Assembly: GCF_004010195.1 (NCBI RefSeq)
Contig: NC_057750.1
Coordinates: 10,415,478 to 10,479,477 of the forward strand
Source: Chiloscyllium plagiosum
Taxonomy: Eukaryota
Length of the DNA: 64,000 nucleotides
Reading direction: 5' to 3'
The notes under the pieces were generated by a model, which had not been told where the DNA came from, did not search any database, and saw only the letters and a list, made by a program, of their open reading frames with translations. Below are positions 40,401-50,730 of this stretch, one piece after another (the stretch's first letter is position 1; every line of letters begins with the position of its first letter). Both the position numbers and the translations under genes were made by a program.

Positions 40401-43400
40401 CATGGACTGGTTGGACCGAAGGATCTGTTTTCATGCTGTATGATTCTATGAAAAAATTGTTGCTGTAAGAGCTGCTCATTTTTGAGGTACTTTAGGCTTT
40501 GGAGGTGATTTCCTAGAATTCCAGGAGTAGCAATTACTGTTTTATAGGCTGTTGCATTGTTTTGGAACTTTAGAGAAAAAAAAAGTCAAAACAGCAGCAC
40601 TTTTAAAAGGAAGAAAGGCAGACAAAGAAAGTAAGATTTGGAGATGCCGGTGTTGGACTGGGGTGGACAAAGTTAAAAATCACACAACACCAGGTTATAG
40701 TCCAACAGGTTTAATTGGAAGCACTAGCTTTCGGAGCGTCGCTCCTTCATCAGGTGGACGACCACCTGATGAAGGAGCGACGTTCCGAAAGCTAGTGCTT
40801 CCAATTAAACCTGTTGGACTGTAACGTGGTGTTGTGTGAAAGAAAGCAAGCACATGGTCAGAAGGGAGAGAGAGAGAAAGACACCTGCTAAATGACACAG
40901 CAGCGAATCTGCACAGTTACTGCCTTTGCTATTTGAATTCATGTATCCCTGGGCATCGAAGTGCGTCTAGGAAAAATGAACAAACAGCGAAATTTACAGC
41001 TGACTTTGGAAGAACCAGCACCGGAACAGATAAATGCAGATTTAACAGATTTAACGTGTAACCTTTCTAAAAGTCTGCAGTACTGAATAGAATGGGTTCT
41101 TTCTTGATTATATATTTTATTGAAATCTGTCTCTTGATTAAATTTTTAAAAATATAAACCATAAGTACTAAGTTAGGCTGGAGAAATGGTTTTTAGGGCA
41201 CAAAGATGGTGCCAGTTTCTGGGTCTGTAGATTGTGAAGGAGCAAAGATGGCCTTGAATAGAGTGATATGCTCTTCCTGTTGAATATGGGAGTTCAGGGA
41301 GAATTTCCATGTCACTGATGATTATGCCTGCAGTAAATGTGTTTGGTTGCAAATCCTATCGGATTGCATGGATCGGTTGGAGTGACAGTGAGAGGCAATG
41401 AGGAATTTACAAGAGCTAGGGACTGTGATGGTTGGCATTTTTAGGAAGTTGCAGATGCAATCAGGTATATGGGTTTATTCCAGGAAAGGTAGGAGCGTGC
41501 AATTCTGGTCTCCTTTCTATCGGAATGATGTTGTGAAAACTTGAAAGGGTTCAGAAAAGATTTAAAAGATTGTTGCCAGGGTTGGAGGATTTGAGCTATA
41601 GGGAGAGGCTCAACAGGCTGGGCTGTTTTCCCTGGAGCGTCGGAGGCTGAGGGGTGACCTTATAGAGGTTTATAAATTTGGAGGGATATGGGCTGGGTGC
41701 TGGCAGGTGGGACTAGATGGGGTTGGGATATCTGGTCGGCATGGACATGTTGGATTGAAGTGTCTGTTTCCATGCTGTACATCTCTATGACTCTATGAGT
41801 AGGCAGGTAGTGCTGGAGATTTCTGTGGCTATTTCAAGCAAGTATGCTGTTTTGGAAAATGTATGGGGTGATGGACTCTCAGGGGAATGTAGCATGAAGA
41901 GCCAAGTTTTTGGTATTGAGACATGCTCTAATGTAATAAGGGGTACGTCAGGTTCCAAGTGACCGATTGTGATAGGGGATTCTCGAGTCAGAGGCACCAA
42001 CAGACGTTTCTGTGGCCAGCAGCAAAAAACCAGAAGGGTGCGTTACCTTCCTGCTGCCATGATCAAGGATGTCTCAGAGAGGGTGCAGAGGGACCAGCAG
42101 GAGGTCATTGTACACATTGGAACCAACCACATAGGGAGGGAAAACGTTGAGATTCTGAAAGGCGAATATAGAAAGTTAGGCAGGGATTTAAAAAAGGAGG
42201 TCCTTGAGGGTAGCAATATTTGGATTACTCCCGGTGTTAAGAGCCAGTTAGGGTAGGAATAGGAACATAGAGCAGATGAATGCATGGCTAAGGAACTAGT
42301 GCAGGGGAGAAGGGTTCATAATTTTTGGATCATTGGAATCTCTTCTGGGGTAGAAGTTACCTGTACAAGAAGGATGGATTGCACATAAATTGGAAGGGGA
42401 TTAATATACTGGCAGGGAGATTTGTTACGGCTGCTCAGGAGGATTTAAACTAGTAAGGTGACGGGGATGGGACCCAGGGAGATAGTGAGGAAAGAGATCA
42501 ATTTGAGACTGGTACAGTTGGGAAAGGGAGTAAGTCAAACAGTCAGGGCAGGAAGGAAGAAAGCAGAGAACAAGGTAGGACTGATAAATTAAATTGCATT
42601 AACTCCAATGCAAGAGGCCTAGCAGGGGAGGCAGATGAACTCAGGGCACGATTAGAAACATGGGACTGGGATATCATAGCAATTACAGAAACGTGGCTCA
42701 GGGATGGACAGGACTGGCAGCTTAATGTTCCAGGATACAAACGCTATAGGAAAGATAGAAAGGGAGGCAAGAGAGGAGGGGGAGTGGCGTTTTTGATAAG
42801 GGATGGCAATACAGCTGTACTTAGGGAGGATATTCCTGGGAACACATCCAGGGAAGTTATTTGGGTGGATGGAACTGAGAAATAAGAAAAGGATGAACAC
42901 CTTATTGGGATTGTATTGTAGACACCGAAGAGTCAGCGGGAAATTGATAAACAAATTTGTGAGGAGATTTCAAGTACCTATAAGAATAATAGGGAGGTCA
43001 TGGTAGGGGATTTTAACTTTCCAAACATAGACAGGGACTGCCATAGTGTTATGAGTTCAGATGGAAAGAAATTTCTTAAGTGTGTACAAGAAAATTTTGT
43101 GACTCAGTATGTGGATGTACCTATTAGAGAGGGTGCAAAACATGACTTACTCTTGGGAAATAAGGCAGAGCAGGTAACTGATGTGTCAGTAGGGGAGTAT
43201 TTTGGGGCAGTGACCATAATTCTCTGAGCTTTAAAATAGTGACGGAAAAGGATAGACTGAATTTAAAAGTTGATGTTCAAAATTGGAGGAAGGCTAATTT
43301 TGACAGTATTAGGTAGGATCTTTCAAAAGCGGATTGGGAGGAGATGTTCGCAGGTAAAGGGACGACTGGAAAATGGGAAGCCTTCAAAAATGAGATAACA

Positions 43401-46400
43401 AGAGTCCAGAGACAGTATATTCCTGTTGGGGTGAAAGGAAAGGCTGGTAGGTGTAGGGAATACTGAATGACGAGAGAAATTGAGGTTTTGGTTATGAAAA
43501 AGAAGGAAGCCTATGACAAATATGGACAGGAGTGATCGAGTGAATCCTTAGAAAAGTATAAATAGAGTAGGAGTATACTTAAGAGGAAAATCAGGAGGAC
43601 AAAAAAGGGACATGAGAGCTTTGGAAAACTGGGTTAAGGAGAATCCAAAGGGCTTTTATAAATACATATTAAGGCAAAAGGGTAGTACAAGAAAGTTTTG
43701 TGACTCAGTATGTGAATGTACCTACTAGAGAGGGTGCAAAACATGACTTACTCTTGGGAAATAAGGCAGAGCAGGTAACTGATGTGTCAGTGGGGGAGTA
43801 TTTTGGGGCCAGTGACCATAATTCTATGAGCTTTAAAATAGTGACGGAAAAGGATAGACTGAATTTAAAAGTTGATGTTCGAAATTGGAGGAAGGCTAAT
43901 TTTGACAGTATTAGGTAGGATCTTTCAAAAGCCGATTGGGAGGAGATGTTCACAGGTAAAGGGACGACTGGAAAATGGGAAGCCTTCACAAATGAGATAA
44001 CAAGAGTCCAGAGACAGTATATTCCTGTTGGGGTGAAAGGAAAGGCTGGTAGGTGTAGGGAATACTGAATGATGAGAGAAATTGAGGTTTTGGTTATGAA
44101 AAAGAAGAAAGCCTATGACAAATATGGACAGGAGTGATCGAGTGAATCCTTAGAAAAGTGTAAATACAGTAGGAGTATACTTAAGAGGAAAATCAGGAGG
44201 ACAAAAAAGGGACACGAGATAGCTTTGGAAAACTGGGTTAAGGAGAATCCAAAGGGCTTTTATAAATACATATTAAGGACAAAAGGGTAACTACGGAGAG
44301 AATAGGGCCCCTCAATGATCAGCAAGGCGGCCTATGTGTGAAGCCACAGGAGATGGGGAGATACTAAACGAGTATTTTGCATCAGTGTTTACTGTGGAGA
44401 AGGACATGGGAGATATAGAATGTGGGAAATAGATGGTGCAATCTTGAAAAATGTCAACGTTACAAAGGAGGTGATGCTGGATGTCTTGAAACGCATAAAA
44501 TGGATAAATATCCAGGACCTGCTCAAGTGTATCCTACAACTGTGTGAGAAACTAGGGAAGTGATTCCTGGGCCCCTTACTGAGATATTTGTATCATCGAT
44601 AGTCACAAGCGAGGTGCTGGAAGACTGGAGGTTGGATAACATGGTGCCACTATATAAGAAAGACACTAAAGACAAGCCAAGGAACTAAACACCAGTGAGC
44701 CTGATATCAGTGGTGGGCAAGTTGTATGCGAGAATCCTGAGGGACACTATTTATACGTATTTGGAAAGGAAAGGGCTGATTAGGGATAGTCAGCATTGCT
44801 TTGTGCGTGGGAGGTCATGTCTCACGAACTTGATTGAGTTTTTTGAAGAAGTAACAAAAAGGATTGATGAGGACAGAGCAGTAGAAGTGATCTATATGGA
44901 CTTCAGTAAGGTGTTCGACAAGGTTCCTCATGGGAGACTGGTTAGTAAGGTTAGATCTCATGGATTATGGGCAGAACTAGCCATTTGGATACAGAACTGG
45001 TTCGAAGGTAGAAGACAGAGGGTGGTGGTGGAGCGTTGCTTTTGAGACTGGAGGCCTGTGACCAGTGGAGTGCCACAAGGATCGGTCATGGGTCCATAAC
45101 TTTACGTCATTTCTACACCAAAATTGGAGGTGTAGTGGACAGCGAAGAAAGTTACCTCAGATTACAAGATCTTGATCAGATGGGCCAATGGGCTGAAGAG
45201 TGGCAGATGGAGTTTAATTTAGATAAATGTGAGGTGCTGCATTTTGGAAAAGCAAATCAGAGCAGGTCTTATACACTTAATGGTAAGGTCTTAGGAGGTG
45301 TTGCTGAACGAAGAGACCTTGGAGTGCAGGTTCATAGTTCCTTGAAAGTAGAGTTGCAGGTAGATCGGATAGTGAAGAAGGCATTTGGTTTGCTTCCCTT
45401 ATTGGTCAGAGTATTGAGTATAGGAGTTGGGAGGTCATCTTGCAGCTGTACAGGACATTGGTTAGGCCACTTTTGGAATATTGCATGCAATTCTGGTCTT
45501 CTTCCTATCAGAAAGATGTTGCAAAACTTGAAAGGGTTCAGAAAAGATTTACAAGGATGTTGCCAGAGTTGGAGGATTTGAGCTATAGGGAGAAGCTGAA
45601 TAGGCAGGGTCTGTTTTCCCTGGAGCATCGGAGGCTGGGGGGTGACCTTATAGAAGTTTATAAAATCATGAGGGGCATGGATAGGATAAACAGACAAGGT
45701 GTTTTCCCTGGAGTGGGGGAGTCCAGAACTACAGGGCGTAGGTTCAGGGTGAGAGGGGAAAGATATAAAAGGGACCTAAGGGGCAACCTTTTCACACAGA
45801 GAGTGGTGCGTGTATGGAATGAGCTCCCAGAGGAAGTGGTGAAGGTTGATACAATTACAGCATTTAAAAGGCATCTGGATGGGTACATGGATAGGAAGGG
45901 TTTAGAGGGATATGGCCAAGTGCTGGCAGTTGGGACTAGATTAGGTTAGGCATGAACAAGTTGGACTGAAGGGTCTGTTTCTGTGCTGTATATCTCTATG
46001 ACTCTATGTGCTGTAGATAGACCCACAAAGCCCTTAGGGTGGGAATTCCAGGATTTTGACCCAGCAACAGTGAGGGAACTGTTGGAGGGAAACTTGCAAG
46101 GGTGGTAGTCCTGTGTATCTCCTTGTGATTCCAGACCAACAGTAATGTGCTTGTCTCTTAACTACCTTATGAAATGACCCCAGAAAACCACACAGCTCAA
46201 GGGCAATTAGGATGGGCAACAAATGCAGTCATATCCATGTCCCAAGAAAGATTATTACAAATAAATGTGAAGTATCGTACGTCAGTGCTGCCCCTCACTA
46301 TTGCACATGGGATGCAGGTATCACTGCACTTGCCTTGATTATTTTGGAGTTCATGTCTCCGGGTCATGAACCCTTTATCATGGCCAGCATCGAAGAGTAA

Positions 46401-49073
46401 GCACATTGTGTGAGAGTTTAGCCATTGCATTTGTTCCTGCCATTATTTCAATTTTGACATGAGGCTGATGCGTTCACTTCAGAATCAGGCTCTCAGCTCT
46501 TTTGTGCGAAGGGCAGTTTGTGAACATCATCTACCATAGCATTGTTTGGGTCTTGGCCAGAGGTCCTTAAAGGAAATGTGAAAGCCACTCAATTACAAGA
46601 AAGAAGACCTCAAGACGTCCGATGTGTTTGCTTTCATGGAGTCAGAAGGGGCAGGATTACTCCTCTTGGCTTACCATGGTTTTTGCCCGATTCCAATAGT
46701 CTCCCACCTCCCATTCAACAAGCTTCCCTATGGACATTCCTCCCATTCCTGGCCTCATCAGAATCCCTGATTTTAAACAAAATAATTTTGGAGGTCATGC
46801 TTTCAGTTCTCTTAACTCGAAGCTCTGGAATCCACCTCACACCTCATTTCTTTCTTTTAAGATATTCTTTAAAATTTACATCTTTGACCACATTGTGGTT
46901 AGCTACCCACATAACTCCTTATATGTTTCAGCCTTTGATTTGTAATGCTCTCATGCAGTGCCTTGGGAAGTGTGTTAAAGGTACTATAGCAATGCAAATT
47001 GTTGCTGTATTCGAGGAAGTGCTTCTGAGAGTGTGTGTAAGAGGATTTGAGTGACATTGTGACATTGTGTGTGCGTGAGAGAGAGTGTGCAAGTGCATGC
47101 GTGAGTGTTTGTATGTGTATGTGTGTGAAAGAGAGTGTGTACGTGTGAGAGAGAGAGGATATGAGAGAGTAAATGTATGTGTTTGAGAATGTGTGTTTGA
47201 GAATGTCTGTGTTTGACAATGTGTTTGTGTGTGCATGTTTCTGTGTGTGAGTGCGTGCAAGTAAGTGAGAATGTTTGTGAGTGAATCCTTCAGTCTGCTG
47301 AGATTGTGAGTGTTACTTTATGTGTGAATATGATGGGGAAAATTATATCTGTGTGTGTGTTGTCTATAGGTGAGTAGCTGTGCCAGTTTTGGGATGCCAG
47401 TATTCACATGTGGTCCAGTATCACCTCCAACACTACCCCCAGCCTACTCAACACAGCCAAAGGGTTGAACCTTGGCTCTATTCCTTGTAACACAGTGCTC
47501 AACGCCATACTTGATTGTGTGTTTACTAAATAGCCGCATGTGCCAGATAGGGGTTTGTTATAAGTGTGTGTATGAATGTATATGTGAATGAGTTTGTATG
47601 CATGTGTTTGAATGTGTCTGCATGTCTAAATGTGAACATGCCTGAGTGTGAACATGCCTGAGGGTGAACAATGCCTAAGTGTGAACAATGCCTAAGTGTG
47701 AACCATGCCTGAGTGTGAACATGCCTGAGTGCAAATGTGCCTAAGTGTGAACAATGCCTAAGTGTGAACATGCCTGAGTGTGAACATGTCTAAATGCAAA
47801 CGTGCCTAAGCGTGAACATGCATGAGTGTGAACATGTCTAAGTGTGAACATTCCTGAGTCTGAACAATGCATAAGTGTGAACTTGCCTGAGTGTGAACAT
47901 GTCTAAGTGCAGACATGCTTGAGTGTGAACATGCCTGAGTGTGAACAATGCCTAAGTGTGAGCATGTCTAAGTGTGAACAATGCCTGAGTGTGAACATGC
48001 CTGAGTGTGAACATGCCTGAGTGTGAACAATGCCGAAGTGTGAACATGCCTAAGTGCAGACATGCCCGAGTGTGAACATGTCTGAGTGTGAACAATGCCT
48101 AAGTGTGAACAATGCCTGAGTGTGAACATGTCTAAGTGCAGACATACCTGAGTGTGAACATGCCTGAGTATGAGCATGCCTAAGTGTGAACAATGCCTGA
48201 GTGTGAACAATGCCTGAGTGTGAGCATGCCTAAGTGTCAACAATGCCTGAGTGTGAACAATGCCTAAGTGTGAACAATGCCTGAGTGTGAACATGTCTAA
48301 GTGCAGACATGCCTGAGTGTGAACATGCCTGAGTGTGAGCATGCCTAAGTGTGAACAATGCCTGAGTGTGAACAATGCCTGAGTGTGAGCATGCCTAAGT
48401 GTGAACAATGCCTGAGTGTGAACAATGCCTGAGTGTGAGCATGCCTAAGTTGAACAATGCCTGAGTGTGAACATGTCTAAGTGTGAACAATGCCTGAGTG
48501 TGAACATATCTGTGTGAACATGCCTGAGTGAGAATGTTCCTTACTGAGGGTTCAGTTCAAATCTGATCGTCCTGTGGGTATTACACGGTATACAGCAGTA
48601 AAATGCAGAGGCAGAGAGAAATGGAGAAGAGGTCACACAGACATGCAATAGAAAGCACCATAAGGGTCAAAGAGATCAGCAGTAAAACTGTCCATAATAA
48701 AAACACAGCGGTATTTGTTGGCTCTAACTACACAGAGGAAACTAGCAGGCCGCAGTAACATTGCCCGACCCCATTCATTCACTGCATGCAACCTCCCACA
48801 CACTGGCCAGGCAGCGACAATCTATCGTCCACACCCACACAGCCTCTTTGTCCTTTTGCATAGATGCTCGGTGCTTGATTAAAGTTAAACCACCAAGGCT
48901 GCGCGGCTCAGATCTAACCTCCGTTTCTGGAGAACTGGAGGGACTTGCGAAGGTTGTAGGGGTGGGGCTCTCGTTAACTAGATTTCTTGCATGCAGTCCC
49001 TGCGTCGGTTGAGAAAAGAATAGAAAATGGAGGGGAACATACTGCAGTGTCCAAACCCCAGCACCTGCCCCAT
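7303..49073 (-). CDS. RTN2: Reticulon-2, long isoform, 3'-partial: join(49043-49073,35962-36018,29336-30139,25999-26364,15744-15803,12346-12553,7303-7441); continues outside the window
   Basis: All junctions are GT-AG and phase-compatible, with no stops in the spliced frame. N-terminus [48 protein letters not shown]...WGTPRQMS resembles vertebrate RTN2 (human, from memory: MGQVLPVFAHCKEAPSTASSTPDSTEGGNDDSDFRELHTAREFSEED...WGTPRELT). RHD exons have the canonical 208 and 139 bp sizes. Confidence 0.93.
7672..7876. mobile_element. Penelope-derived short element in inverted (foldback) arrangement
   Basis: The arm gtggtgctggaaaagcacagcagg...tttcgggcataagcc is followed by its reverse complement. 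Same terminus as the GIY-YIG-bearing copy at 61935-62498. Confidence 0.8.
7965..9445 (+). mobile_element. Cluster of CR1 ORF2/3' fragments interrupted by an unrelated insert (about 8406-8860)
   Basis: RDLGVQ.HSSL.V..QVDRVV.KAFG.LAFI and [11 protein letters not shown] motifs. Confidence 0.88.
10622..10656 (+). ncRNA. Minimal type I hammerhead ribozyme motif in a Penelope-type insert (10620-10711)
   Basis: cac-CUGAUGA-A-GGAGU(GUC)ACUCC-GAA-AGCU-A-gug: stem I cac/gug, 5-bp stem II, palindromic helix III. Confidence 0.7.
11440..11563. mobile_element. Penelope-derived insert with a hammerhead core (11475-11502), flanked by the duplication gttataattgcaggagaaa
   Basis: CUGAAGA-A-GGGC(UUAU)GCCC-GAA-ACGU-C; direct repeat on both sides. 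Confidence 0.8.
12346..12553 (-). CDS. RTN2: RTN2 RHD exon 1 (208 bp; [18 protein letters not shown]...HPFQ), first hydrophobic hairpin
   Basis: Classic reticulon DLLYW...TG.VFG...HPF motif; acceptor tttttcccacAG, donor CA|GTAAGT. Confidence 0.97.
12787..13105 (-). mobile_element. tRNA-derived SINE (HE1/V-SINE type), full length
   Basis: Head GGGCGGCACAGTGTCTCAGTGGTTAGCAC with B-box GGTTCGATCC, V-domain TGTGTGGAGTTTGCA...GGTTTCCTCCCAC, CR1-like tail. Confidence 0.9.
13992..14138. mobile_element. Tc1/pogo(Tigger)-like MITE, partial
   Basis: Ends in GGATAATCGAGGTTCCTCTG-TA; same family as 29052-29224. Confidence 0.65.
15744..15803 (-). CDS. RTN2: RTN2 60-bp exon ([20 protein letters not shown]) containing the ATG (15756) of the short RTN2-C-type isoform
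   Basis: Acceptor ctgtctctctacAG, donor AAAG|GTTAGA, phase 1-1. MGWK|VTDLLYW corresponds to human RTN2 MGSK|VADLLYW. Confidence 0.83.
15935..15980 (-). promoter_or_regulatory. Possible internal promoter elements for the short MGWK isoform
   Basis: CArG-like CCTTATATGA at 15939-15948 and minus-strand CTATATAAAAATA at about 15967-15979, roughly 200 bp upstream of the MGWK ATG. Motif match only. Confidence 0.3.
17450..17805 (-). mobile_element. CR1-type LINE 3' fragment (second subfamily)
   Basis: [42 protein letters not shown] tail. Confidence 0.88.
18138..18435 (+). mobile_element. V-SINE copy, 5'-truncated and diverged
   Basis: ctgctgcctcacagcaccagggacc...ggtttcctcccac. Confidence 0.8.
20335..20665 (+). 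mobile_element. Second SINE-like family (GGTTCAAATC B-box; ...agggaaggaaat.tgccgtccttacc... core); further copies near 10840-11145, 14230-14790, 17820-18130, 26680-26920, 31760-32030, 51230-51520
   Basis: Recurrent shared core sequence and a 3' tail (agggatgggcaataaatg) shared with the LINE at 52380-54370. Confidence 0.7.
20920..21450 (-). mobile_element. CR1-type LINE 3' fragment
   Basis: ORF 21008-21256: [10 protein letters not shown]...[16 protein letters not shown]. Confidence 0.9.
22742..23032. other. Assembly gap in CT/GT low-complexity sequence
   Basis: N run. Confidence 0.99.
23288..23354 (-). CDS. RTN2: Candidate alternative first coding exon, RTN1-C-like ([22 protein letters not shown])
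   Basis: Phase-1 donor AAGG|GTATTG would splice in frame to the RHD exon (VTDLLYW). Peptide parallels human RTN1-C MQATADSTKMDCVWSNWKSQ (from memory). The donor is only moderately strong. Confidence 0.6.
24880..25460. repeat. Minisatellite of about 33-35 bp (GGAGTGACAGAGACAGGGAGG...GGGTCTGGA) with a 68-bp dimeric core
   Basis: Tandem units visible; near-exact 68-bp repeats at about 25066-25270. Confidence 0.9.
25790..25985. repeat. Degenerate tandem repeat of about 70 bp (same family as 28300-28830)
   Basis: gctttactct.tat.taacc / gggagtgtttgat units. Confidence 0.7.
25999..26364 (-). CDS. RTN2: RTN2 exon (366 bp; [11 protein letters not shown]...KAVDQS)
   Basis: Inside ORF 25928-26569; acceptor ttctcatttacAG, donor CAG|GTAAAT, phase 1-1, stop-free and acidic. 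Confidence 0.82.
26920..27450 (-). mobile_element. CR1-type LINE 3' fragment
   Basis: atagaaacatagaaaatagg tail plus the CR1 ORF2 end in reverse orientation. Confidence 0.82.
28300..28830. repeat. Tandem repeat of about 70 bp (GAGGGAGCTTTACTCTGTATCTAACCCTGTGCTGTCCCTGTCCTGGGAGTGTTTGATGGGGGATAGTGTA)
   Basis: Several tandem units visible. Confidence 0.88.
28838..28972 (-). pseudogene. Duplicated RTN2 exon (135 bp, phase 1-1) with an in-frame TAA: pseudo-exon or poison exon
   Basis: Acceptor ttcatgcAG, donor CAG|GTAAAC. Last 61 nt match the end of exon 25999-26364 at 42/61 positions without gaps. TAA at 28884-28886 aligns with CAA. Confidence 0.6.
29052..29224. mobile_element. Tc1/pogo(Tigger)-like MITE
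   Basis: Terminal inverted repeats TA-CAAAGGAACCTCGATTATCC ... GGATAACCGAGGTTCCTC. Confidence 0.75.
29336..30139 (-). CDS. RTN2: RTN2 exon 3 (804 bp; acidic, Ser/Glu-rich, probably disordered)
   Basis: Lies inside the 323-aa ORF 29274-30245. Acceptor ttccgacctgcccAG, donor ACAG|GTAGG, phase 1-1; contains WGTPR. Confidence 0.9.
30866..31030. mobile_element. Penelope-derived foldback insert
   Basis: gaaagtgaggactgcagatgctggagatc ... gcccgaaacgtcgattttcctgctcc. Confidence 0.78.
32985..35108 (+). mobile_element. CR1 LINE ORF2 (reverse transcriptase) fragments, rearranged, spanning a gap
   Basis: ORF 33001-33639 with [32 protein letters not shown]; then [14 protein letters not shown] and KFANDT; CTCTATGA tail at about 35095-35108. 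Confidence 0.95.
34225..34721. other. Assembly gap
   Basis: N run. Confidence 0.99.
35962..36018 (-). CDS. RTN2: RTN2 exon 2 (57 bp; [20 protein letters not shown])
   Basis: Acceptor ctctccattAG, donor G|GTAAGC, phase 1-1; STPDST motif of RTN2. Confidence 0.92.
36285..36640 (-). mobile_element. V-SINE copy
   Basis: Reverse complement of GTGGCTCAATGGTTAGCACTGCTGCCTCACAGCGCC...TGTGTGGAGTTTGCAC. Confidence 0.88.
37588..37708. mobile_element. Penelope-derived terminal fragment
   Basis: gcccgaaacgtcgattttcctgctcctcggatgctgcc...ctccagcattctgcagtc. Confidence 0.78.
39935..40450 (+). mobile_element. CR1-type LINE 3' fragment
   Basis: ORF2 end and tail (...gctgtatgattctatg). Confidence 0.85.
40455..46007 (+). 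mobile_element. Near full-length, inactivated CR1 LINE in RTN2 intron 1 (5'UTR, ORF1 zinc finger/esterase, ORF2 endonuclease-RT, tail)
   Basis: ORF1 CSSC...CSKC from about 41248, with GDSL-like VIGDSRVRG and [11 protein letters not shown]2 has [51 protein letters not shown]. Many stops and frameshifts; tail CTCTATGACTCTATG. The 5' boundary is approximate. Confidence 0.93.
40634..40838. mobile_element. Penelope-type foldback insert with two divergent hammerhead motifs (40722-40756 minus, 40763-40797 plus)
   Basis: Inverted arms of about 78 bp around a loop of a few nt; flanked by the aaagaaag(t/c)aag duplication. Confidence 0.82.
47625..48535. repeat. 16/17-bp minisatellite (GAGTGTGAACATGCCT / GAGTGTGAACAATGCCT) next to TG-rich low-complexity DNA (47030-47360)
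   Basis: About 55 tandem units visible. Confidence 0.95.
49043..49073 (-). CDS. RTN2: RTN2 coding exon 1 ([10 protein letters not shown] + A)
   Basis: ATG at 49073 in good Kozak context (GTGATGG); donor A|GTATGT at 49042; phase 1. Confidence 0.9.
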
Positions 49074-50022
49074 CACCTGTCCCAAGTGGTGCAGGCCCAT
49101 TCAGCTGGAGTCCTCGTACAGATGATGCTGAGCTGCTGGTTTAGTCGACTGGGTCCTAACCATCATTTGAGGGGGGCTGCCTCCCAGCATTGTCCCACGT
49201 CATTGTGAACACATTCAGACAGCCTCAGTAATGCTGCTTCTCTCTCTCTCTCTCTCACACACACACACTGTCATCTCTCGGGGGATGTGGCTGAATCCAG
49301 TTTAAAGGGGAGGGGAGAAGGGGGATTGTAACAAACAGGAGGACAAAGGCAGTCAAGGTAGAAAACAAAAGCAAGACAGCGGAAGATAATAAACTAAAAG
49401 GAAGGCAAAAAGGATTGGAGCATAAATATCAGGGATGTGAGTAAAATTAGTCAAAGGCACAGGATCTAGGAGGGCAATAGAGCAACTGATCCATATTCTA
49501 AACACCTATTCAGCAATCATATTGTCACAAAGTCATAGTGATAGAGATGTACAGCATGGAAACAGACCCTTTGTCCATGTCAACCAGATATCCCTAAATT
49601 AATCTAGTCCCATTTGGTCCATATCCCTCTAAACCCTTCCTATTCATGCACCCATCCAGAGTCATAGAGTCATGTAGCACGAATCAGACCCTTCGGTCCA
49701 ACCAGTCCGTGCCAAACATAATCCCAAACTAAACTAGTCTTACCTACCTGCTCCTGGCCCATATCCCCCAACCTTTCCTATTTGTGCACTTGTCTAAATG
49801 TCTTTTAAACCTAACTGTGCCCACATCCACTACTTTCTCTGTCCCAAAACCCAATCTTGAATAAGCTGCAGGAGGAAGGATCAAAGGAGACTTACTTTGT
49901 AAGACACTAGTACCTCAAATAGTGAGAGGGACTGGGAATCCCTACATTGAAGGGGAGATAGGGATGTTACAGGGCAACTTGCCATGGCCCGGTCATCTTT
50001 ATGGTTGGCCCCCTGAACATTT

Positions 50023-50160
50023 TGGAGAAAGTGAGGACTGCAGATGCTGGAGACCAGAGTTGAAAAGTGTGGTGCTGGAAAAGCGCAGCAGGCCAGGCAA
50101 CATCCGAGGAGCAGGAGAATCGACGTTTCGGGCATAAGCCCTTCTTCAGGAATGAGGCTG
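50023..50160 (-). mobile_element. Penelope terminal fragment with an intact hammerhead core (50118-50153)
   Basis: Minus strand: CUGAAGA-A-GGGC(UUAU)GCCC-GAA-ACGU-C. Confidence 0.78.
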
Positions 50161-50369
50161 GTGTGACAAGCTAAATGACAGATCGGCCACCGTTTGGTGG
50201 GAAAGTCCAATGACAACTTGGAGGACCTTTGGGGATGGTTGCTAGCAGTCGGGATGATAGGGCTTTGAATGTGTTGATGAGGAACAGTGGCATTGGGGGG
50301 GTTAGGGGAGAGGGAAAAGTGAAGGCTTCCTTAAGACATTGGGAAGGGTGGGGGCTATGGGGCAGCATT

Positions 50370-50730
50370 AAGACCATAAGACCATAAGACATAGGAGTGG
50401 AAGTAAGGCCATTTGGCCCATCGAGTCCACTCCGCCATTCAATCATGGCTGATGCGTATTTCAGCTCCACTTACCAGCGTTCTCCCCGTAGCCCTTAATT
50501 CCTCTAGACAACAAGAATCTATCAATCTCGGCCTTGAAGACATTTAGCGTCCCGGCTTCCACTGCACTCCGTGGCAATGAATTCCACAGGCCCACCACTC
50601 TCTGGCTGAAGAAATGTCTCCGCATTTCTGTTCTGAAATGACCCCCTCTAATTCTAAGGCTGTGTCCACGGATCCTCATCTCCTCGTTTAACGGAAACAA
50701 TTTCCTAGCATCCACCTTTTCCAAGCCATT
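50370..50730 (-). mobile_element. CR1-type LINE 3' fragment with (CTTATGGT)n tail
   Basis: ORF 50461-50724: RGHSLRIRGGHFRTEMRRHFFSQRVVGLWNSLP. Confidence 0.9.

Noticed and set aside
33001..45949. RT/endonuclease ORFs as functional or domesticated genes
   Set aside because: Fragmented by stops, frameshifts and nested inserts; catalytic motif altered or lost (FANDT).
47526..48408. His-rich repetitive ORFs ([11 protein letters not shown]...)
   Set aside because: Translation of the 16/17-bp minisatellite.
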